NCBI GenBank assembly: GCA_964534995.1
Contig: CAZHSC010000001.1
Coordinates: forward strand, 63,855 to 127,854
Origin: an uncultured Bifidobacterium sp.
Lineage (GTDB): Bacteria > Bacteroidota > Bacteroidia > AKYH767-A > OLB10
Reading direction: 5' to 3'
Length of the DNA: 64,000 nt
The translations under genes were made by a program, and so were the position numbers. Below the pieces are notes generated by a model that worked only from the letters and a program-made list of their open reading frames with translations, did no database searches and was not told where the DNA came from. Below are positions 1 through 9,337 of the stretch, piece after piece (within the stretch, counting starts at the first letter, position 1; the number at the start of each line of letters is the position of its first letter).

Positions 1-602
1 AACTTAAGCACACCCGATCTTTTCCCTTTATCAAAAAGCGCCTGTGCCCCGATTTTGCTGAAACGGTCAATCTGATGGAGGTGATCTGAAATGCTGTTGT
101 AGGAATAGTGAAGGATATCCCCACTGATGTGCACAGGTGACAAGTTCTCATTGAGAAGAAAACGGTCGTGAGGGTTTATCCCCGTCCACTTTCCATACTG
201 CCTGTGATACAACCTTAGTTTGGTGTCAGGATACCATCCTCCGTGACGTACCCATTCCCCGCAGTAATTGGTAAGGCGGTTCATTGTGAAGCCCCTTATG
301 TCAGCGGGATGCTGTAGCGCCTTCTCAATGGAGGCTTTCAATTCCGGGCTCAGGGCTTCATCGGCATCCAGGCAAAGGATCCAGTCGTTTTTGGCTTTGG
401 AAGTGGCAAAGTTCTTTTGTTCAATATATCCCAGAAAGTCCTGGTGAATGACATGGGCGCCCAGCTCCCGGCTGACGGAAACGGTATTGTCGGTGGATCC
501 GGAATCCACCACCAGCATTTCATCTCCCAGCCCCTGTACGCTATGCAGGCAGCGGCGGATATTTAATTCTTCATTATAGGTAATGACAACTACAGACAGC
601 AT
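1..602 (-). CDS. glycosyltransferase family 2 (3' end cut by window edge)
   Basis: Not in the ORF track. My reverse-complement translation from the ATG at 602-600 reads MLSVVVITYNEELNIRRCLHSVQGLGDEMLVVDSGSTDNT...KNDWILCLDADEALS...RLYHRQ. This is a typical GT2 N-terminal domain and stays open to position 1. Confidence 0.85.
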   Translation of the reverse strand, partial: MLSVVVITYNEELNIRRCLHSVQGLGDEMLVVDSGSTDNTVSVSRELGAHVIHQDFLGYIEQKNFATSKAKNDWILCLDADEALSPELKASIEKALQHPADIRGFTMNRLTNYCGEWVRHGGWYPDTKLRLYHRQYGKWTGINPHDRFLLNENLSPVHISGDILHYSYNSISDHLHQIDRFSKIGAQALFDKGKRSGVLK

Positions 603-704
603 ACGTGACAGATGCTGCAAAGTAAAAGGTTTTTATCCTAATCAACGGCATTGCAGAAATAGGCTGCTTTAGAATGAGGGGTAGTAGCCTGTAAACGGCT
701 GGCA

Positions 705-735
705 CAAAAAAGCCGCCTCTGAAATCAGAGACGGC
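705..735 (-). terminator. intrinsic terminator downstream of the PKD-repeat gene
   Basis: On the minus strand, GCCGTCTCTGA-TTTC-TCAGAGGCGGC (10 bp stem, one mismatch) is followed by TTTTTTG. It starts 26 nt after the stop at 761. Confidence 0.7.
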
Positions 736-760
736 CTTCCGCTTTCCGGTCAACGTGGTT

Positions 761-3541
761 TTATGGCTGAACGAAGAATCGCGAATTGGTTTGGTGTTCA
801 GCAGTTCGAAGGCGGAGCATATACATCCCGGCATCCCTGTCAGAGAGGTCAAGGCGAATTTCGGATAGGCCTGAGGGATAGTCCTGTTCTGATTGGTAGA
901 TAATTTGCCCGTGGATGTTAAGTATTTCAATATGTAAGGGGGCGGCTTTCTCTAAACTGAAACGGATGGTAAGCGGTCCGGCAGAGGGATTCGGGAAAAC
1001 GCTGGACTGAATAGCCGGGTTTGTATCAAATATTCCGGTGCTTCCTGTACGGAAGGCGTAAACACTGTCGCACCAGGTAATGGCGTTGCCAAGGCTATCG
1101 TAAGCCGTAACACATACGATGTACCAGCCTGTTGCATTGTACTGGTGTATGAATGGCCCGCTGCCTGTTCCGCTGGTACTGTCTCCAAAGCTCCATACGT
1201 AGGTCCAGCCGGGGCATTGGTTAGAAACAAAGAACGTGACATTCCCGTTTCCGAAAACAGAATCCGGTACCGCGTAGAATTGAGGGATGCAATTGCTTCC
1301 TGACCCGATCACCACCGAGTCGCAATAGGATGACTGGCACCCGCTATTACCAAAGATGGTAAGGCAAACCAGGTAGGTGCCGGCCGTAGTATAGGTATGC
1401 GAAGGATTCATGGCGGCAGAGGAAGTGCCATCACCAAATGACCAGATTACGTTGGTAAAATTACCCTGGCTTAAATTTGTAAACGCGGTGGCATAGGTGG
1501 AGGTATCAACGGCAAACGAGAAATAGGCCTGACAGGAAGACCCGCCGCCAACGAAAATGGAGTCACACCAGGTATCGGAGCAGTTACTAAGGCTGTCATA
1601 TATGGTAAGGCAAACACTGTAAGCGCCGGGATTGCTGTAAATGTGGGTCGGATTGGCAGCATAACTGATAAAGCCATCACCGAATGTCCAGTAGTAGTTA
1701 TAATTCGGACTTCCGTTCGACATGAAATAATAGGTGCCGAGGCTGTCGAAGTATTGGAACTGAGCGTTACAATTTCCGATGATGTTTCCAATAATAACCG
1801 TATCACAATAGGTAGCGGTACATCCGAATGCAGAATCAATGATGGTCAGGCATACATAGTAAACCCCGTTTTGCGCATATTGGTGTACAGGATTTATAGC
1901 GGTTGAGGTGCCTCCATCTCCGAAATTCCAATAGTAATTAGTGGGGTTGCCTACCGATTGATCGCTGAATGTAACGGTGTTGTTGGCGCCTGGGGTATAG
2001 GTAAAATATGGCTGGCATGCGCTGATCGGCCCTGAAATATATACCTGTTGGCAGGTGGAGTCAGAACATCCGTTGCTGGTGGTAATATAGAGACATACCG
2101 TCCAGTAGCCGGAACCCGGAAATGTATGTACGGGATTTTGTCCGCTTGCCGTGGTTCCGTCGCCGAAGTACCATGCCCATGAAGTTATGCTGCCACCGCC
2201 GGTGGCCATGCCAAAGAAATTGGCGGTATTGTTACTGGATTGGTAATTGAAGCCGGCATTGCAGTTAGAAGTGGAGGTAATGGTAATGACATTACATACT
2301 GAATCCACGCAATTGCTGGTGGTTACGATGGTGAGGCATACGGTATAGGTGCCCGGTGCTGAATAGGTATGTACTGGAGCGGATCCTGTACCGCTTGTTC
2401 CGTCACCGAATGACCAAAACCAGGAAGCAACATTTCCTCCACCTGTGTTAGAGCCGCTGAAGAAGGCTGTGCCATTATTCTGCTGATAGCTAAAACCGGC
2501 ATTGCAGGAATTAGGCGAAATGTTAGTTACGGAGTCACAGTAGGTGTCGATGCAATTATTTGCTGAGTCGATTACGGCAAGGCAAACGAGAAAGGTGCCC
2601 GGGGTGTTGTATTGATGAACCGGAAAGGCCTGTGTTGATGAGGTACCATCGCCAAAATTCCAGGAGTAGTATAGGTTAGACTGGTACACCTGGGGAAAAA
2701 ACCAGGTCATGCCTGCACTGTCCACCGATGTGAAAGTGGCATTACAATTACCGGTACCTCCTACATAAAGAGAATCGCAGTAAGTTGACTGGCAGCCGTT
2801 CAGGCTATCCCAAATGGACAGGCAAATCATATAAACGCCGGGGCTGAAGGTATGGGTGGGATTAAAGGCTGTTGAAGTAGTACCGTCACCAAAATTCCAG
2901 TAAGTCTGGCTGAAATTACCTGTACTGGTATTGACAAATGCATAGGTATTTCCCTGCTGTTGATTGATGATAAAAGTGGCGTTACATCCCGAACCTGTCT
3001 GAACAAACACACCGCCGCAGTAGGTATTGGAACATCCCGACGAATCGGCAATAGTAAGACACACATTATAAGATCCGCCCTGTTGATAGGTATGAACAGG
3101 GTTGGACTGTGTGGAGGTAGTACCGTCACCAAAATCCCATAAATAAGTCAGGTTAACTCCTGCTGACATATTGTTAAAAGATACGGTGGCATTGTTAATG
3201 TAATTGGTACTGAAATAAGCCTGGCATCCCCCTGTGTTTGTTATCACCAGGGTGTCGCAGAAAAACGACTGGCAGCCCGACAGACTGTCCCATATACTCA
3301 GACAAACTCCATAAATTCCAGGGCTGTAAGTATGAACCGGGTTGTTTACTGACGAACTGGTTCCATCTCCAAAATACCAACTGATACCGGAATAGTTCCC
3401 TGTGCTGGTATTTGTAAATGCGATAGTAAGTGCTGATTGCTGTGTCAGGGTAAAAGAAGTGGCGCATTGTGAACTGGCGGTTTGCCACAGTCCTGATATC
3501 AGCATCAGTGCCGCTAACAGGGAAAGAAATTTCGGTTTCAT
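761..3541 (-). CDS. secreted protein with 10 tandem PKD domains and a T9SS type A C-terminal sorting domain
   Basis: There are ten repeats of the W.FGDGT...NP.H.Y ... Y.VCL signature. The signal peptide MKPKFLSLLAALMLISGLWQTASSQ begins at an internal ATG (3541), which I prefer over the track start 3607. The C-terminus reads VFPNPSAGPLTIRF...GMYMLRL. Confidence 0.9.
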   Translation of the reverse strand: MKPKFLSLLAALMLISGLWQTASSQCATSFTLTQQSALTIAFTNTSTGNYSGISWYFGDGTSSSVNNPVHTYSPGIYGVCLSIWDSLSGCQSFFCDTLVITNTGGCQAYFSTNYINNATVSFNNMSAGVNLTYLWDFGDGTTSTQSNPVHTYQQGGSYNVCLTIADSSGCSNTYCGGVFVQTGSGCNATFIINQQQGNTYAFVNTSTGNFSQTYWNFGDGTTSTAFNPTHTFSPGVYMICLSIWDSLNGCQSTYCDSLYVGGTGNCNATFTSVDSAGMTWFFPQVYQSNLYYSWNFGDGTSSTQAFPVHQYNTPGTFLVCLAVIDSANNCIDTYCDSVTNISPNSCNAGFSYQQNNGTAFFSGSNTGGGNVASWFWSFGDGTSGTGSAPVHTYSAPGTYTVCLTIVTTSNCVDSVCNVITITSTSNCNAGFNYQSSNNTANFFGMATGGGSITSWAWYFGDGTTASGQNPVHTFPGSGYWTVCLYITTSNGCSDSTCQQVYISGPISACQPYFTYTPGANNTVTFSDQSVGNPTNYYWNFGDGGTSTAINPVHQYAQNGVYYVCLTIIDSAFGCTATYCDTVIIGNIIGNCNAQFQYFDSLGTYYFMSNGSPNYNYYWTFGDGFISYAANPTHIYSNPGAYSVCLTIYDSLSNCSDTWCDSIFVGGGSSCQAYFSFAVDTSTYATAFTNLSQGNFTNVIWSFGDGTSSAAMNPSHTYTTAGTYLVCLTIFGNSGCQSSYCDSVVIGSGSNCIPQFYAVPDSVFGNGNVTFFVSNQCPGWTYVWSFGDSTSGTGSGPFIHQYNATGWYIVCVTAYDSLGNAITWCDSVYAFRTGSTGIFDTNPAIQSSVFPNPSAGPLTIRFSLEKAAPLHIEILNIHGQIIYQSEQDYPSGLSEIRLDLSDRDAGMYMLRLRTAEHQTNSRFFVQP

Positions 3542-3719
3542 AACAATAGATGTTTTGGTTTTCAATGAAGCAAAGGTATCCTGCCGGTCATGATTGTGAA
3601 AGATCAATTTAGTAAAATATTACGCGTCCAATATTTCATTTCATAAAAATCACCTGATAATTGCCAAAAACAGATATTCGGGGTTTGATCAGCATTGAGC
3701 TGCTTATATCTATTCAATG

Positions 3720-5198
3720 TCAATTTAATATATTTTTACGACCCAACTTTGACCGGACCCAGTTCCCGTAATCAATAATGACCCCATCTTCTTTAGGATT
3801 ATTACGTGTCCAATCAATAAAAGCATTCATTTTTTCTATAAGTTTTTTATCGTTTTTCAGATCGGGTACATTCAGCATTTTTTTCAGGATATCGAGAATT
3901 TCTCTTTCTTCTTCGTGGTGTTTTTGAGTAAGGAGATCTTTATATTCTTTTTTAATACGGGCCATTTTATATTCAATCACATCACCCTGTTGAAGTTCAT
4001 AGCGGTTAAGAAGTTCTCCGATGGATATTTTTAGACGCAGGGAAGGATCAGCATTCTTAAAGCCATCCAGCATTGAAAGTTTTCCGAAGTGCCGGATTGC
4101 CTCTTTAAATTGCTTCTGATCAAATTGCAAAACGGCCAGGTTCAGGTAAACAAACCAATGGTAATAGTCATTAGTTTTAATACGCGATTGCTCTTTCAGG
4201 TCCTCCAGAATGGCGATGGCTTTTGCTGGGTCAAGAACGGAGTAGTTTATTACCAGGGCATTATAATAGAAGAAGAAGTATTTATCAAAATGCAATTGGT
4301 GAAACTCGTCCATCGCCGTTTTGAGCTTACCGGCCCACTGCAGGCTTTGCCTGAGTTTATCTGTTTTAAACAAGGTATTGACAATATACGTGAGCATTTG
4401 CAATTTGGTATCATGATTACTTCTGTTAAATAGTTTGTCGCGCTCAAACTCCCTGTAGGTACGCAGCAGATATTGTTCAAGTGGTTTGTATTCATGACGC
4501 TGCAACAGCACCTGACTGACGGCTCTGTAAATGCGAAACCGGAGCAGGGGACTGTTTTTAAGATCTCTGTTTTTAATAAAGTCATCCGTTGATTTTTTAA
4601 GAAGGTCCAGCAGCGGATTGGTGTCCGGCGAAAAATTCTGGGTAGTTTTAAGGCGGAAGGTTACCACAGCCAGCAGGTCATCTATGGCACGCAGGTCTTC
4701 CAGCCTCTTCCGGTTGTCTTTTCGTTTTTCTATGTACACTTCCGGGTTAATTTGAAGCGATTCATGTGAAATACGGATATACTCCCCATAAATAATATCG
4801 AGTAGTTCATAGTTTTCAATGGCTTCTGCACTGCGTTCGGAGCGCCGCAGATAATACCGTGCAATATCCAGGAGGTTTCTGCCCATGAAATACCTGTACA
4901 GGGCCAGCATATGGCAGGCAAGAATGAATGCGTCATCTTCGTAATGCAGTACCGATAAACTTTTATTTATATCCGATACCACACGGTTTCTTAACCTGTA
5001 TATGGCATTTTTTGCGGAGGTGGGATATAATTTCTTCAGAAATTCTTCCTCTTTGGCTATGGGTTTACGTCGTCTCAGGAAATCAAAGAAACGCATGTCT
5101 TTCCTGTCAAAGGTATGTTGTGTTCTGGTGGCAAATAGCTTATAATAGCGTACCTGTTCCTTGGTGAGGGATTGAATCAGGCCGGATAAGTGATCCAT
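3720..5198 (-). CDS. hypothetical all-helical (TPR-like?) cytoplasmic protein
   Basis: Long 492-aa ORF with no signal peptide. It is K/E/L/Y-rich with a helical-repeat-like composition, and I recognise no catalytic motif. Confidence 0.7.
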   Translation of the reverse strand: MDHLSGLIQSLTKEQVRYYKLFATRTQHTFDRKDMRFFDFLRRRKPIAKEEEFLKKLYPTSAKNAIYRLRNRVVSDINKSLSVLHYEDDAFILACHMLALYRYFMGRNLLDIARYYLRRSERSAEAIENYELLDIIYGEYIRISHESLQINPEVYIEKRKDNRKRLEDLRAIDDLLAVVTFRLKTTQNFSPDTNPLLDLLKKSTDDFIKNRDLKNSPLLRFRIYRAVSQVLLQRHEYKPLEQYLLRTYREFERDKLFNRSNHDTKLQMLTYIVNTLFKTDKLRQSLQWAGKLKTAMDEFHQLHFDKYFFFYYNALVINYSVLDPAKAIAILEDLKEQSRIKTNDYYHWFVYLNLAVLQFDQKQFKEAIRHFGKLSMLDGFKNADPSLRLKISIGELLNRYELQQGDVIEYKMARIKKEYKDLLTQKHHEEEREILDILKKMLNVPDLKNDKKLIEKMNAFIDWTRNNPKEDGVIIDYGNWVRSKLGRKNILN

Positions 5199-5291
5199 AA
5201 AATATGGTTTTGAACGCGTAAGATATTAAAAAAATTTGTTTTCAGTTACAGGAACTTGTGCGTAGTTTTGAAATATCCTTTACTACGACCT

Positions 5292-5978
5292 ATGAAACGC
5301 CTGCTATTCCTGTCCGGTTTATGGCTGATAATACTGCAAAGTCCGGCCATTGCCCAAAGCCCGCACCTGCGTGTGAGTGCACTGTTAAACTGGCCGGATT
5401 CCGTATATAATGGCCAGAATCTGCCGGTGGGAGCGCTGGTAGAGAATATTGGTACCGTTTCCTACCAGGGACCCTTGCAGATTGTGTTGCAAAGTGACAG
5501 TGGAATATTTTCTTATTTATACTTCAATCAGACGCAATCCGTATTGATCCTGCCGGGCGATACCCTCACTTTTACCCCACCAAACGGATATATCTTCGAC
5601 AGTACCGTGTTTCGTCCCGGGAATAATGTGGTGGTGGTTTGGCCTCATAGTGCCCAGGCCATTACTGTGGATACATTTACCGTTGCTACGTATTTCATTC
5701 AGAATCTTTTACAGAACACAGATGAAGTGAAAGCCCTGGATGGTCTGAAAATTTATCCCAATCCCGCCAGCGACAAAGTCCACATAAGGATCCCTGAAAT
5801 TCAGCTTGAGAGCGTAAGAATTTTAGATCCTTTAGGTCGTCAGGTAAAAGAAATCAAAATGAAGGCTTCATCAGATATCGAAGTTCCTGTGGCAGACTTG
5901 CCGGCCGGTATTTATTTTCTTGAAATAATTGCTACCAACAAAGAGCGCTCCTGTTACAAATTGATAAAAAGAGAATAG
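5292..5978 (+). CDS. small secreted protein with T9SS type A C-terminal sorting domain
   Basis: The signal peptide MKRLLFLSGLWLIILQSPAIAQ starts at the internal ATG 5292. The C-terminus reads KIYPNPASDKVHIRIP...AGIYFLEII. Confidence 0.8.
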   Translation: MKRLLFLSGLWLIILQSPAIAQSPHLRVSALLNWPDSVYNGQNLPVGALVENIGTVSYQGPLQIVLQSDSGIFSYLYFNQTQSVLILPGDTLTFTPPNGYIFDSTVFRPGNNVVVVWPHSAQAITVDTFTVATYFIQNLLQNTDEVKALDGLKIYPNPASDKVHIRIPEIQLESVRILDPLGRQVKEIKMKASSDIEVPVADLPAGIYFLEIIATNKERSCYKLIKRE

Positions 5979-5999
5979 CCCTTTCCTGTTTTTTAAAGA

Positions 6000-6042
6000 G
6001 CCGCGATAATCGTACACAGGGATTTGTCGCGGCTTTTATTTT
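6000..6042 (+). terminator. intrinsic terminator after the 5292-5978 gene
   Basis: The stem GCCGCGA (6000-6006) pairs with TCGCGGC (6027-6033) and is followed by TTTTATTTT. Confidence 0.55.
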
Positions 6043-6577
6043 ACCCCTGAAATGCAATGGAATACTGTAATAATTCTTCTCCGGTTTTTTCATATATTAT
6101 CTTCTTTTCAAAATTGAATCCAAGCTTTTCGAGCAAACGGAGAGAAGACAGGTTTTCTTCCAGCACAATGGCAATGATCCGGCTTATGTGGTATTTTTTA
6201 TATCCTTCCTCCAGCACCACACGGGCAGCTTCACAGGCATAACCTTTGCCGGAGAATTGCGGCAGCAAGGCAAAGCCCAGATCGGTTTCTTCCCAATGGT
6301 CACGGCGTATTAAACCGCATATTCCTATCGGCACATGGCTCTCTTTTAATTCAACCAGATATAATCCGAAACCAAAGGGGGTATATCCTGTCCTGTGGAT
6401 ATGCTCAATGTATCCTTGCGCATCCTCTATGGTCCGGATATTCCGGTCGCCAATATACCGGAGCCAGCCCTCGCTGTTTAATAATTCCATGATAAAAGTG
6501 GCATCGTTACTATTCAGATACCGCAGTTGCAAACGCTTTGCAGAAAGGATGACTTGATTGTTTTCGCCCTGTTGCAT
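6041..6577 (-). CDS. GNAT family N-acetyltransferase (RimJ/RimL-like)
   Basis: 178 aa with a GNAT core pattern ...GICGLIRRD...LGFALLPQFSGKGYACEAARVVLEEGY...LEENLSSLRLLEKLGF. Its ATG overlaps the upstream stop as TAATG. Confidence 0.85.
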   Translation of the reverse strand: MQQGENNQVILSAKRLQLRYLNSNDATFIMELLNSEGWLRYIGDRNIRTIEDAQGYIEHIHRTGYTPFGFGLYLVELKESHVPIGICGLIRRDHWEETDLGFALLPQFSGKGYACEAARVVLEEGYKKYHISRIIAIVLEENLSSLRLLEKLGFNFEKKIIYEKTGEELLQYSIAFQG

Positions 6578-6942
6578 TAATAACCCGCTTTAAAAAATAA
6601 TTTAAATACTCCCTGACCTATAGGGGTCTTCGTCCAGTCATTGTTATGAACGCCTTCATAAATCATTGAATCAGCAGTTTGACCGACCACATATACACGA
6701 AAACTGCCGAAGAAATTTGTCGGGTAAATATGCCCGCCACTACCTTCTCTTGCCGTATAGATGTAAGCCGTATCAAAGGGAGCCACTGTATCGGTGAGGG
6801 CTATATCACTATGCAGCATTTCTGTATTGACAAGAACAACTTGCGCCCCGCTGTTTACAACAAAGTAATCGGCACTTGACGAATATTCCACAGGTTGGAT
6901 GCACGACGACATTAAACAAAGTATAAAAAAGCATGACCTCAT
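6577..6942 (-). CDS. small hypothetical lipoprotein
   Basis: The internal start gives MRSCFFILCLMSSC, a lipobox-like LMSSC. The stop overlaps the GNAT start codon. I found no recognisable domain. Confidence 0.55.
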   Translation of the reverse strand: MRSCFFILCLMSSCIQPVEYSSSADYFVVNSGAQVVLVNTEMLHSDIALTDTVAPFDTAYIYTAREGSGGHIYPTNFFGSFRVYVVGQTADSMIYEGVHNNDWTKTPIGQGVFKLFFKAGY

Positions 6943-7060
6943 ATCAACCTTATAACAGGATAAGCTCAAAAGAAATAAACGATGCTTGCATTGGGTAATA
7001 AATTAGTTTATACGATCTGTTTATCATATATTAATTTGTGTTTAAATGCCCTTGCTGAAA

Positions 7061-7492
7061 TCAGTGGCAGCCTATTTTGTCCACCCTGTTCTGATGCCTG
7101 CCACCTTCAAAGGAAGCGCTGAAAAATGCCGAAACGATTTCCCTGACAACTTCTTCGCTTACAAACCTTGCCGGTATGCACAGGATATTTGCATTATTAT
7201 GGCGGCGTGACAGGCTTGCAATTTCAGGCGTCCAGCATAAGGCAGCGCGTATTCCCGCATGTTTATTGGCTGTAATACACACCCCATTGGCGCTGCCGCA
7301 AAGTAAAATACCCATACCGCCTTCCTCTTTCTCTACCGCGGAGGCTACTGCATGGGCATAGTCAGGGTAGTCCGTACTTTCGGTACTGAATGTACCATGA
7401 TCACTAAAGGTGTGCCCCATGGTTAACAATTGTGATTTAACAATTTCTTTCATTTCGAAACCGGCATGGTCAGCACCTATATGAATAAGCAT
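7061..7492 (-). CDS. rpiB: ribose-5-phosphate isomerase B
   Basis: The 143-aa sequence IGADHAGFEMKE...GILLCGSANGVCITANKHAGIRAALC...ARFVSEE...FEGGRHQNRVDKI matches the RpiB/LacAB family layout. Confidence 0.92.
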   Translation of the reverse strand: MLIHIGADHAGFEMKEIVKSQLLTMGHTFSDHGTFSTESTDYPDYAHAVASAVEKEEGGMGILLCGSANGVCITANKHAGIRAALCWTPEIASLSRRHNNANILCIPARFVSEEVVREIVSAFFSASFEGGRHQNRVDKIGCH

Positions 7493-7748
7493 GATGGGTT
7501 AGTTTAGGTTGTTTACTGATAACGAAAATAGGCAGAAAATGAATCACAACCTCTCCTCACTTGCCGCTATTTTCTTAGGCGCTGGAAATGAAAGATGATG
7601 AAGTTATAAATTCCGTCGGCAAATTAAAATCATGTGTAAAATGAACACAGTCTCATATCCTGGTGATCCGAAAGGAGTACAGCTGATTCAGGTTTTTCGG
7701 TGTTAATGGTAGCCGGAAAGGAGATTTCCACACACCCGAATCATGCGT

Positions 7749-9179
7749 CTATTTCACAACAACTTTGACAGATGAAAACCTGGTACCGTTGCTAATTTCA
7801 AGAAAATAAAAGCCACCTGTAAGTCCTGATACATCCAGCGCATATGTGACAGGGGAATACCGGTCTATATGGTCGGCAAAAACAATTTTTCCGCTTATAT
7901 CCCGAAGTAAAATAGTAACGGCAGCCTTTTGATCCGGTTTAATTTCGGCAAACAGCATTTCATCTGCAGGGTTGGGATAAACGGAAGTGAGTAAACCGCT
8001 TATTTCCGGTTGGCTGATACCTAAAGTAGTACCGGTCTCAAAAGTATATTTTGCGGAATAATAACCTGCAATGGAACCCTGGTAGCTCCTCACTCTCCAG
8101 TAATATCTGGTATTCGGATCTAATGCCGGAATTTGCTGGATGGTGTTGGTTAAACCGCTTTGATTGAAAACCAGGCTGAAGCCGCTGAAGGTGGATGCAG
8201 TGGCCACCTGTAGCTGGTAATTATCGGCATTGGCAATAGGTAACCATTCGAAAACAGGGTTCAGGAGCACATTGCTGGATGAATCGGCCGGTGATACGAG
8301 GGTAACGGCTCCCGTTACCGTTGTAAATTTCCATACTTGTGAATAAACACTCTCATGCCCGCCGTTATTGGATTTCACCCTCCAGAAATAAGTGGCAGAC
8401 CCGGGTAATGTTCCGGCAGTGGTTTGATTGTTGCCTACGGATTTTATATAAACGATGTTCGTAAACAGGGAGTCCAATGCAAATTCAATAGTATATAAAA
8501 CAGCACCATTTACCGCTGTCCAGGTGAAAAGTTGAGAGGTATTAATATTGATGGCATTATCGGCAGGACTCAAAAGGCTCACCGGATTGGGTACGGTATC
8601 ATTTACTCCGGTATACGTAATGAACATGGAAATTTTTTGCAGGGGAACATCATTGGCATCACGCGGTGATAATACAATGGTGTCAACTACCGTCATACCG
8701 TTGGTTACTTTGCCATACACGGTGTAATTGCCGTCCAGGAAGGTAGCCGGTGAAACGCAGATGTAGAATTGCGAGTTGGCACTGTTGATATTTGTGTCAC
8801 GGGCCGCGCCGAGGATTCCACGCAGATGACGAACTGCGCTGAACTCGGCAGGTACGGTGGGCTGCCAGGGTTGGCCTTGCCCCCATGTACTCACCGGACC
8901 ATTTATTGAATTGGGATCTCCCCCCTGTATTACAAAATTGGGAACCACGCGATGGAAGGCGGTACTGTCGTAAAATTGCTGGGAAACAAGACTGTCGAAG
9001 TTACGTACATGTAAGGGGGCGATTAATGGAAAAAGTTCTATGTCGAAAGATCCAAGAAGCGAACTGTCACGGTAGGTGGTGATATGGTATATGGGTTTGT
9101 CAATTCCGCTTTGAGCTGGTAAGCGATGAACCTGTAGCGATAAAACAAAGAGGACAAGAAGGAAGTAAGTTTTTTTCAT
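7749..9179 (-). CDS. cyclophilin-type peptidyl-prolyl isomerase fused to Fn3-like domains and a T9SS type A sorting domain
   Basis: The signal peptide MKKTYFLLVLFVLSLQVHRLPAQ starts at ATG 9179. The cyclophilin core is FHRVVPNFVIQGGDP...NSQFYI. It is followed by repeated F.W..V..A..Y.I modules, and the C-terminus reads VYPNPADEML...GGFYFLEI. Confidence 0.88.
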   Translation of the reverse strand: MKKTYFLLVLFVLSLQVHRLPAQSGIDKPIYHITTYRDSSLLGSFDIELFPLIAPLHVRNFDSLVSQQFYDSTAFHRVVPNFVIQGGDPNSINGPVSTWGQGQPWQPTVPAEFSAVRHLRGILGAARDTNINSANSQFYICVSPATFLDGNYTVYGKVTNGMTVVDTIVLSPRDANDVPLQKISMFITYTGVNDTVPNPVSLLSPADNAININTSQLFTWTAVNGAVLYTIEFALDSLFTNIVYIKSVGNNQTTAGTLPGSATYFWRVKSNNGGHESVYSQVWKFTTVTGAVTLVSPADSSSNVLLNPVFEWLPIANADNYQLQVATASTFSGFSLVFNQSGLTNTIQQIPALDPNTRYYWRVRSYQGSIAGYYSAKYTFETGTTLGISQPEISGLLTSVYPNPADEMLFAEIKPDQKAAVTILLRDISGKIVFADHIDRYSPVTYALDVSGLTGGFYFLEISNGTRFSSVKVVVK

Positions 9180-9337
9180 GTGAGGGTGCGATGTATTCAA
9201 AAGTAATAAATTAAATGGATACTATACAATACCGGACGTCCCGACATGATGAAACAGTTATTATTTGTTTAACGGGTATTAAAGACACCTACGGTGGGTA
9301 TGACATAACCCGGGAGATGCATGGGTAGTATAATTCA

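Noticed and set aside
574-930. Track ORF of 118 aa on the minus strand
   Set aside because: It overlaps the start of the GT2 gene, the terminator and the 3' end of the PKD gene in another frame. Its composition is implausible and it has no motif.
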